A stretch of 57,896 nt of DNA, filler included, from Squatina squatina (Eukaryota), in the NCBI GenBank assembly GCA_031763465.1. It is 4 parts of 4 records of this genome, joined end to end, with 100 filler letters (N's around TTAATTAATTAA, not from the genome) between each part and the next. Parts side by side here need not be neighbours in the genome. Positions count along the whole stretch, not along the records: positions 42,750 to 57,896 come from JARFOE010000234.1; 3 more parts are not named here. The stretch is one strand, 5' to 3'. Within the stretch, counting starts at the first letter, position 1; each line of letters starts with the position of its first letter. This document shows positions 49,187 to 57,896 of this stretch, piece after piece. Below the pieces are notes generated by a model that was given only the letters and a program-made list of their open reading frames with translations, made no database searches and had not been told where the DNA came from. The translations under genes were made by a program, and so were the position numbers.

Positions 49187-49622
49187 GGGGGTATGGTAGC
49201 ACAGTGGTTATGTCACTAGACTAGTAGTCTGGAGGCCTGGACTAATGATCCAGGAGATGTGAGTTCAAATCCCAGCTGGTGGAATTTAAATTCAGTTAAT
49301 TAAATAAATCTGGAATTGAAAAGCTAGTATCAGTAATGGTGACCACGACACAACTGGATTGTCGGGGAAAAACCCAACTGGAAGGAAATCTGCTGTCCTA
49401 CATCCTATGTGTCTCCAGAGCCACAGTAATGTGGTTGACTCTGAACTGCCCTCTGAAATGGCCCAGCAAGCCACTTGGAGAGCACCTTTGCCACACGGGC
49501 TGCAGCGGTTCAAGAAGGCGGCTCACCACCACCTTCTTGAGGGCGATTNNNNNNNNNNAATGACAACCTTGCCAGCGATGCCCACATCCCATGAACGAAT
49601 AAATGTAAGGAGAAAAAAAAAA
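49187..49622 (+). mobile_element. Near full-length tRNA-derived SINE sharing its 3' tail with the LINE at 10455-11560
   Basis: A box TAGCACAGTGG and B box GAGTTCAAATCCC. Body GGAAGGAAATCTGCTGTCC...GTGGTTGACTCTGAACTGCCCTCTGAAATGGCC. Tail CGGTTCAAGAAGGCGGCTCACCACCACC...GCCCACATCCCATGAACGAAT plus an A run. Confidence 0.8.
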
Positions 49623-49931
49623 GGAAAATTTAAGTCAGTAATGTTCCTCCCATGTCCCACTAATCTACGACTGGACTGCTCAATATTCCTCCTTGTGTGA
49701 AAGGATCCAGAAGGCCAGAGAGGAGCACCCCAGATTCACAAACCCCACCATTTCCGAGTGTGTCTCTTCACCTGCCTGATATAAACCAGANNNNNNNNNN
49801 NNNNNNNNNNNNNNNNNNNNNNNNNNNNNNNNNNNNNNNNNNNNNNNNNNNNNNNNNNNNNNNNNNNNNNNNNNNNNNNNNNNNNNNNNNCTACAGCCAT
49901 CTTCCTTTGTGCAAGGTATGACTACAGCCAG

Positions 49932-50160
49932 TGGTCTGGCCTATATGTGACTCCAGATTCACACTCTTAACTGCCCTCTGAAATGGCCTAGCACACCACT
50001 AAGTTGTGCCAAACTGCTGTAAAGTATATTGTGGGAGTACCTTTACCACACGGACTGCAGCGGTTCAAGGCAACGGTTCACCACCGAGGGCAATTCGGGG
50101 TGTGCAATAAATGCTTGGCCTTGCCAGCGACGCCCACAACCCATGTACGAATAAAAAAAA
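49932..50160 (+). mobile_element. Second, 5'-truncated copy of the 49187 SINE
   Basis: CTCTTAACTGCCCTCTGAAATGGCC...CCACACGGACTGCAGCGGTTCAAG...CCTTGCCAGCGACGCCCAC...AATAAAAAAAA. Confidence 0.8.
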
Positions 50161-50461
50161 TTCAGGATAGCAACAAGGCAATGACACTGAGCAAGTCAAT
50201 ATGTCAAGTTGAATCTGTTCTGGACAGATATTTCTGCACATCGTGTGGAGAGTGATGCATTTTCAGCACTCCGAGCAAGAACACATTATTATGAACATAC
50301 TGAGGTAACAGGACACAATTTTAAAATTCTCAAGCCTCGAGCAAGATTAAAATATGACAACAGGCTAACCAGGAAAAAGTCTGGGTCAATCGATACAAAA
50401 ACAACTTACATTTATATAGTGCCCTTAACGTAGCACAACAAAGTTACACAGTATTTATAAC

Positions 50462-50652
50462 ACAGAAACAAGCCATTTGGCCCAAGAGGTTCATGCTGGT
50501 GTTTACACTCCACATGAGCCTCCTCCTACCCTCCTTCATCTCACCACCTCAACGTATCCTTCTATTCCTTTCTCCCTCATGTGCTTATCTAACTTTCCCT
50601 TAAATGCATCTATGCTATTCGCCTCAACTATTCCCTGTGGCAGCAAGTTCCA
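50462..50652 (-). mobile_element. CR1-type LINE 3' end (different subfamily)
   Basis: ACAGAAACAAGCCATTTGGCCC... 3' UTR. The minus strand encodes WNLLPQGIVEANSIDAFKGKLDKHMREKGIEGY. Confidence 0.8.
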
Positions 50653-51383
50653 AACTTCATGTTTCATGATGCTAATCTATATTGTCGGCTCTTTAGGTAA
50701 ACACCAATGTGACCAGCAATGACTGTACATCTAACTACCTTCCCGTAACTTGCCAGCAACATTGAAAAGGTTTGTTCAGTGATGTGCCAGATTGCAGAGA
50801 ACTTAAAAGCATTGATTAATATATTTATTTGCAAGTATAGGTGCATGTAAATTGGTGGGAGGAAAGGATGGAAATCATGAACTATTGAGTGATCTGACAT
50901 GTAGCAAGGTCTTGTTAATGGCTTCAATGCGTCACTTCTGACACCTTTCAAATAGCAACTTCTCACTTATTTTATATTTCTGGTGGGAACCAGATTTCCT
51001 TTTCAATTTGCTTGTTCCTTGTCACCAATAGTGCAACACTTTGTGAATCACTTGCGTTTAACTTAATATGTCACTTTAGAAGGTCACTATAGCTAATGAA
51101 TCTTTGGCAAAGTCAGGGAGCTTGCTTTCTCACCCCACCCGCTTCCTTTTAGAAGTGTTATTTTCCCCACCTCCCCCCCTCGCCTCTTGACGATGTTGCT
51201 CCTGAAGTTGGAGGAGCTATCCAGAAATCGGAGACCACTGCTCTCACCGACTGCCCATCGCTGCTCTCAAAGGAACTGTTTCACCTCCCTGGCAGAGAAA
51301 ATCTGTATGTTACAGTGCCGCCTTAGGCAGCATCTCAGCCTGCTTCATTGAGTGACTGCTCAGATCGCTTTGTGAAAGTAAGA

Positions 51384-51664
51384 AAAAAGAAAGACTTGCA
51401 TTTATACAGCACCTTTCACAACCTCAAGATGTTCCAAAACGCTTTATAACCAATGAAATACTTTTTGAAGTGTAGTCACTGTTGTAATGTAGGAAACGCT
51501 GCAGCAAATTTGCGCACAGCAAGCTCCCACAAACAACAAGTTGATAATGACCAGATCATTTTTACCAATGTTGGTTGAGGGATGAATATTAGCCATGACA
51601 CCAGAGAGAATTCCCCTGCTCTTCTTTTACATCTACCTGAGCGGGCTGACAGGTTCATCTGAAA
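51384..51664 (-). mobile_element. DeuSINE-type SINE 3' half
   Basis: Reverse complement of roughly 24230-24548, with internal deletions. Confidence 0.85.
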
Positions 51665-53282
51665 AAAACAGTACAACATCAAGCTGGAGTCTTTAGAAAA
51701 TTGCACTGAACAGGGCTTAGATTATTTCAATTAATGAAAGTCAAAATCATTAGCAACCATGCTGTGAACCATTGGCAGAAACTTCCAGGGAACTGAATTT
51801 CAAATGAGCAAAAGAAATGAAATTATGGTAATCACGCTGCTGACTTCTCAAAGCACGTCTTCTAATCAATTTGTACTTGTCACCATAGATAACAGTCTAT
51901 TGGTATAACTGCTTCTGTTTCCCCTTTCCTTAGTCAGGAAATAAGAATGAGTTAATTATTCACCTGTTTACTGCTGCATGAATAAGGACTCAGCATTGAG
52001 TTAATCTGTGGTGACTCACAGTGATCTTGTAAGGAAATGGTAAATTGACCATTTCAGTGTCAGTGTGCAGTTTCGTTCCTGATTCAGGGAGGGGAAGAGT
52101 ACCTGATTTNNNNNNNNNNNNNNNNNNNNNNNNNNNNNNNNNNNNNNNNNNNNNNNNNNNNNNNNNNNNNNNNNNNNNNNNNNNNNNNNNNNNNNNNNNN
52201 NNNNNNNNNATTTCGCAATGTTATAAGGCCTCCACGGCCAGGCACGATTAAGGTGCTAAAAACTTTAACAACGCCTTCACAGAGACGCTATTGAATTTCA
52301 CCCCCTTTGGTTGGAAATTTATTTACTATTTTTCAGGGGGCCCACCGTGGGAAGAAAGTTGAAGTCCATCAGTTCAAGACAGTATTAATACTCTTATGGA
52401 CCACCTTCTAGATCCTTGATAGACCCAAATGCCAAAACAGGGCACAACCTCAAATTTATCTTGCATCAACGCAAGTGGTACTGACTTCACTGATTTAGGT
52501 ATTGACTTGCTGGTGCCTCTAATTCACTGTGGTTTCTGGCTAAGTGATGGACCCACATACTGCAATATAAAATTGATTGACGTTGTTAATGTATTCTGTC
52601 ATCAGTGAGTCTCCACATGCCCTTCTGTGGGGAGGTGGCAGGCCCCAGTATTGTTCACTTTCACTACTCTAGTTGCCTCACTCAGACTTTGTTAGATGTA
52701 TTTCCTGCTTTAATTTCTCCAATCTCCCTTCTTGCTCAATTATGCAAGCGAGTACATAACTCAGCTGGCTTTGTCTGTAAATCAGCATGTAGCTCATCTA
52801 TTTCAATCTACGGGCTGTCTGCAACTTATCACATAACTTGTCCATTTTCATCTGCAGGTCATTGATATGCTTTTCAGCATTTTTAATATGCTCAAGACAT
52901 TTATCTATTTTTGGCACTTATCACAGCTTGAATCCGCTGCTTTAGCTTCCCAGTTATTATCACGACACAGTGTACTGTACTTGCTGCCAAATGACTGGAT
53001 TTATTGAGTTAGAGTATTGTACATGTTCACAGTGCAGTCTTTTCCTATTTCATTAAAAGGGCTTTAATTTTCTTAATTTTGCAGTCATTCTAAAATTACC
53101 ACATAAAAAAGACCAGAGGGGAAGAGCTTCCACTCAGTTGCACTTCTGGTGGGAGAGTAGGAACACAGGGATTTCTTACTGATGGCGAGAACTATAGCAT
53201 ATGTGTGAAAGACCCATGACTCACTAATGAGTGACACTAATGATTGTAAACATGAATGAAAATTGGCTTGTGGTGAGATATT

Positions 53283-53990
53283 GACCTAGGAATTCGATGT
53301 TGCGCCTGTCTTACAGACGTTAAATGGGCGCAAAAGCCTCCAATGAGGCTGGTTGTGTGTGTGCGCACATTTTGAGCTGGAAGTGCACCACGTGCCTTAT
53401 TGGTATAGGCATCAGAAGAGTCATCCAGGGGTCATGCCTGAAACAGGCATTAAGAGCTTTGCATATGTAAATATGAGGCCTAATTCTTGTTTCAGGACCT
53501 TTTCCTGAAATTGGAATGCCCTCAACCCTCAGCTGACGTTGGATCGGCTGCATTCAGGATGGCCAAGTTTACATGCGGCCTTAACCAGCAGTCCTTAAAG
53601 GGACCACTCGAGGCTGCAACTAGAATGGTAAGATTTTTAAAAATATACTTACTTGCCTAAATGTGGAGCTGGGAGGACCAGGGGTTCCTCTCCCTCGCTC
53701 CATAGCAGACCCGAAGACCATTGCCAGTTCATACTCAGCCTTCCCCCTTCTAATTGCCCCCTCCCCAAACCTACTTGAGGGCTGCTGCCTGTGACGGAAT
53801 GGTCTGCAATTCAAATCCGTTTTGCTGGCATGCTGCCTTGAGACACAGCAGGCATCTGCAGCTTGCCCGTCTAATTTAAATGAGGCCTGAGGCCCAATAT
53901 TGAGTGCGTCTTTGGCCTACTCGTTCTGGTGCAGGAATCATTTCCTGTGCCCAGTTTGTGCCAGCAGGCCGGCGCTATCTAATTCACCCC
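53283..53990. mobile_element. Candidate PIF/Harbinger-like MITE
   Basis: Inverted ends GAATTCGATGTTGCGCC / GGCGCTATCTAATTCACCCC. An internal CCTTAAAGGGAC motif resembles those near 34292 and 33555. Confidence 0.5.
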
Positions 53991-55189
53991 GTGTGCTATT
54001 CCAGCCTTTTCTGATTTTATTACAAACTTAAGTTACTTTTTAGGGGAGGAAAACTAGATGTTTATACTGCACTAATATTACTCCACTGTGGTCTGTGAGA
54101 GCAGAAATCTACATGGTGTTTATATTTTGCCAATGTCCCAGCTTTAAATTACTTTTTGTTAACAGTGGCAGCTATTCAAAATGTATGTTGTTTTACGTCC
54201 TGTATCACCAGTGAAAATATAGCAATTTAAAGCATGATTTTTGAGCTGACAGAATGGCTGATTCACATTGCAGCTACTATGATAATAAGCCCTTTCACTT
54301 GCACACATGTAAAATAAACTATTAATGTCAACCCTTGGCAATCTGCTTTGCACACTACAATGGCGTGTTTAGCCTGCAATGAAATGAGAAGGTAGTTTCC
54401 ATTAACCTCAAGGTCTTAGGCAGAAGGAGGTGGACAGGCTCCAATTAACAAAAACAGAAATAGCCTGATCCTATGCATGCAGATGTAGTCAACTTTCATA
54501 TTTCAGATGGGACGCTGAGTGGGCAAAATTAAACAGTGATCAATTTATTTAGATAATTNNNNNNNNNNNNNNNNNNNNNNNNNNNNNNNNNNNNNNNNNN
54601 NNNNNNNNNNNNNNNNNNNNNNNNNNNNNNNNNNNNNNNNNNNNNNNNNNNNNNNNNNNNNNNNNNNNNNNNNNNNNNNNNNNNNNNNNNNNNNNNNNNN
54701 NNNNNNNNNNNNNNNNNNNNNNNNNNNNNNNNNNNNNNNNNNNNNNNNNNNNNNNNNNNNNNNNNNNNNNNNNNNNNNNNNNNNNNNNNNNNNNNNNNNN
54801 NNNNNNNNNNNNNNNNNNNNNNNNNNNNNNNNNNNNNNNNNNNNNNNNNNNNNNNNNNNNNNNNNNNNNNNNNNNNNNNNNNNNNNNNNNNNNNNNNNNN
54901 NNNNNNNNNNNNNNNNNNNNNNNNNNNNNNNNNNNNNNNNNNNNNNNNNNNNNNNNNNNNNNNNNNNNNNNNNNNNNNNNNNNNNNNNNNNNNNNNNNNN
55001 NNNNNNNNNNNNNNNNNNNNNNNNNNNNNNNNNNNNNNNNNNNNNNNNNNNNNNNNNNNNNNNNNNNNNNNNNNNNNNNNNNNNNNNNNNNNNNNNNNNN
55101 NNNNNNNNNNNNNNNNNNNNNNNNNNNNNNNNNNNNNNNNNNNNNNNNNNNNNNNNNNNNNNNNNNNNNNNNNNNNNNNNNNNNNNNNN

Positions 55190-55496
55190 TAACCAAGGGG
55201 CTTAGATTCAAAGTAATTGCTAGAAGGATTAGAGGGGAGTTGAGGATAAATTATTTCACTCAGAGGGTGGTGGGGTTCAGGATCTCACTGTCTGAAAGGC
55301 TGGTAGAGGCAGAAACGCTCATCACATTTTAAAATTACTTGAATATGTACTTGAAGTGCCATAACCTACAAGGCTACGGACCAATAGCTGGAAAGTGGGA
55401 TTATGCTGGATAGCTCTTCTTCGACCGGTGCAGACATGATGGGCCGAATGGCCTCTGTCTGTGCCATGACTTTCTCGGGTTTTATGATTCTATGAT
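55190..55496 (+). mobile_element. CR1-type LINE 3' end
   Basis: YFTQRVVG...LVEAETLITF*NYL...LQGYGPIAGKWD, then GATGGGCCGAATGGCCT and a TTTATGATTCTATGAT tail. Confidence 0.88.
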
Positions 55497-56130
55497 CTAG
55501 CCTCCTGTGCATCCCCATCCCCTTTGGAAAGGGGTTGGTCTGGTAGAATTCCTGGATTTCCTGGGAAATTCTGTCCAATACACTATCTGACAGGCCTGAC
55601 AGAGCTGAGGGTAGGTATGAGCTCTGTTGTGGCCCTGGTAAAGACCCCAGAATGCCTCAGGGAACAGGTAATTAATCCAGCAGGTGATCAATAATGTTGC
55701 AGGTAAGGCCCAAAAGCTCACTTGGAGCTGAAGAGCTCTGTTGCCCTATTTTTGTGAGGCCACTCCCATGTCTCCCTGATGTATTGGAGTAGTATGGTGC
55801 TACGCCAACAATCCAGGCCTCTGCTTGGGTGGAGGTAGCTGGGTCTGGTAGACTGAATATGCTAATGACCCCATGCTTGCAAATTTTGAGAAGGGAATCT
55901 TCTTTTCAAATTGGTGCATTCAGACTGGGCTCTGCTCCACTTTTGCCAGCAGAGCTCTGCCATTAGAATTTCGGCCTTCTGAAATTTTTCAATTCGCAAA
56001 CTGTCCCTTCTCATGGTTTTATTGAGGGGCATTATTGAAAAAGTGCCAGTTTTGTTGAATTTGAAGACTCTAAGAACTGGATTAAGACTGTCACAAATTG
56101 ATTGCACTTCAGAGCCTGAACAACCTTGAG

Positions 56131-56159
56131 AAAGAGCGAGAGAGAGAGAGAGAGAGAGA
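56131..56159 (+). repeat. (GA)n microsatellite
   Basis: Direct dinucleotide run. Confidence 0.9.
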
Positions 56160-56744
56160 TTGTGATTCCATCTGAAAAAAAATCTAAAGCCTATCTGTGT
56201 TGGCTGCATTTGAAGATGAGTTCCTGAGGCAAGGTGACAGTGTCCTAAAGCATAGTACACTACCCAATCTTCACTAAGTCTTTTTCAATAAAGGAACAGA
56301 TACAACAATAAATACATTGAAGCCTTAGAAGATGTCTGCACACCTGCAACAAATGTAAAAGTTTGACAAGATTTCTCTGGTACTGGCAACAGGATTTTAC
56401 TTACCAGTAAGTAATGGGAGAACAGATCTGCTGGAATCATAAAGGCCTGAGAGAGTGTCAATCCTTTAGTCCTGTCAAGATATACTTTACAATTCGGCTA
56501 ACATTCACCTCTTCAGATGTCCTTTAGAAAGGTAACCTGCCAACCGCCAAAATGGCCCTCCAAGACAGTCCTTCATTCAATGCTTCCATACTATGTTGGC
56601 TGAGTTGCCTGGATCTCCTGAAGTGTTTCTCTCCACTATCTCTCTTGACATACTCAGTCTTGGCAGGACTGAAATTTCCACCAATTAAACATTGCAAAGG
56701 ACAAAGCCATCAACTTTGTCCCCTGCCACAAGCTCTGTACCTTT

Positions 56745-57406
56745 ATGACTCATTCCATCCTTCTCCATGATCACTGTCTCAGGTTGAAATAGACTGTTTG
56801 CAACCTCAGCATATTCTTTGAATCCAAGCTGAACTTCTGACTCCATTTCCTGTCCATCACAAAGACCAACTACTTATACTTTCACAACATCACCTTCTGC
56901 CGCTGCCCCTGCTGTTGCCCATCTGCNNNNNNNNNNAAAATGATACTGTCCGTACCCTATCCCGCAGCTAGTCCCACTCACCCATAACCACTGTCTTTGC
57001 TAACCTACATTGGCACCCGGTTCCCCAATGCCTCCAACTTAACATTCTCATCCTGCTATTTAAATCCTTAGTGGCGTTATCCCTCCCTATCTCTAACCTC
57101 CTGCAGCCGTAACCACCCCACCTCACGCCCCCTCAGAACTCTCTACTTCTCGGACTCAGGCCTCATATGTAGGCCCTGTCCCTTCACCCTACCATTACCA
57201 GCTGAGCCTTCAGCTGCCCAGGCTCCATTCTCTGGAATTTCTGACCTAAACCTTTCCACATCTCTAGCTCCCTCTCCTCCTCCTTTAAGTTCCTTCTTAA
57301 ATGCAACCAAACCATCCTAATATCACTGTCTCTGTCTCTGTATCAATTTTTGTCTGATTAAGTCTCTGTGAAGCTCTTTGAGAAATTTTTCTACATTAAA
57401 GGTGCT
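56745..57406 (+). mobile_element. L2-clade LINE 3' end, decayed
   Basis: Translates TVCNLSIFFESKLNF*LHFLSITKTNYLYFHNI and SPITTVFANLHWHPVPQCLQLNILILLFKSL (LHWLP motif). Tail CTGTGAAGCTCTTTGAGA...CATTAAAGGTGCT. Confidence 0.85.
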
Positions 57407-57877
57407 GGGAATATAATTCTATATCAGACAGAGACAACTCCTATCAATTCCATCTGCTTATGCTAGCCCCAATTAGGAGTAATGCTTCTTCCAACCTGAC
57501 ATAAGGGATGTATATTTTAGTATCTGGTCCATCTTAGCCTGGTGATGATCACAATCCTCTTGGAGTGATCTTCTGCTAATTTGGCTACATCAAGTTAAAT
57601 CAAGCCTTACCAAAACTAATTGTTATCATTTCCTCCAGTTGAGACAGTATCAATTCAGTCTATCTGAAAGCATATCTAAGGATCTTTTAGCATTTGGATC
57701 AATTCTAAATATGCATTTGAGTTCTTCTAAAATGATTTCCCAATATTATGGTGCATTGCTGGCTGTATCATCAATTTCCATCAATGCAATTAAGTCTGGA
57801 AAGAGAGCTTGGATTTTCAATTTCATAACTACGAACAGGAGGATATTTGCTATTAAGCTCACTTTTGATTCATATCT

Positions 57878-57896
57878 AATCATAGAATCATAGAAT
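57878..57896 (-). mobile_element. CR1 3' octamer tail at the window edge
   Basis: AATCATAGAATCATAGAAT, the same tail as at 6193. Confidence 0.6.

Overview
This is eukaryotic, gap-rich draft genomic DNA, not prokaryotic. The repeat content (DeuSINE-type SINEs, CR1 3' ends with ATCATAGA/ACATAGAA tails, Penelope-like, L2 and RTE fragments, GC-rich MITEs) points to a cartilaginous fish (shark); that taxonomy is my inference. Three artificial 100-nt linkers (44 N + TTAATTAATTAA + 44 N) split the window into four probably unrelated segments: 1-13424, 13525-27172, 27273-42649 and 42750-57896. The only confidently recognisable host gene is CERKL (ceramide kinase-like) on the minus strand of segment 3. 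Three of its coding exons are visible with canonical splice sites; the intervening exons are missing, probably hidden in gaps. Segment 2 holds a Penelope-like element end with a degenerate minimal hammerhead ribozyme motif, a ~6.7 kb 21-bp satellite with higher-order structure whose unit contains SOX- and DMRT-type core motifs, and enhancer-like non-coding blocks. The rest is mostly decayed transposable elements. Most listed ORFs are chance, repeat-derived or N-gap artefacts. I found no CRISPR array, rRNA, true tRNA or convincing new multi-gene system. The best leads are the satellite, the hammerhead motifs and a candidate first exon near 1308.
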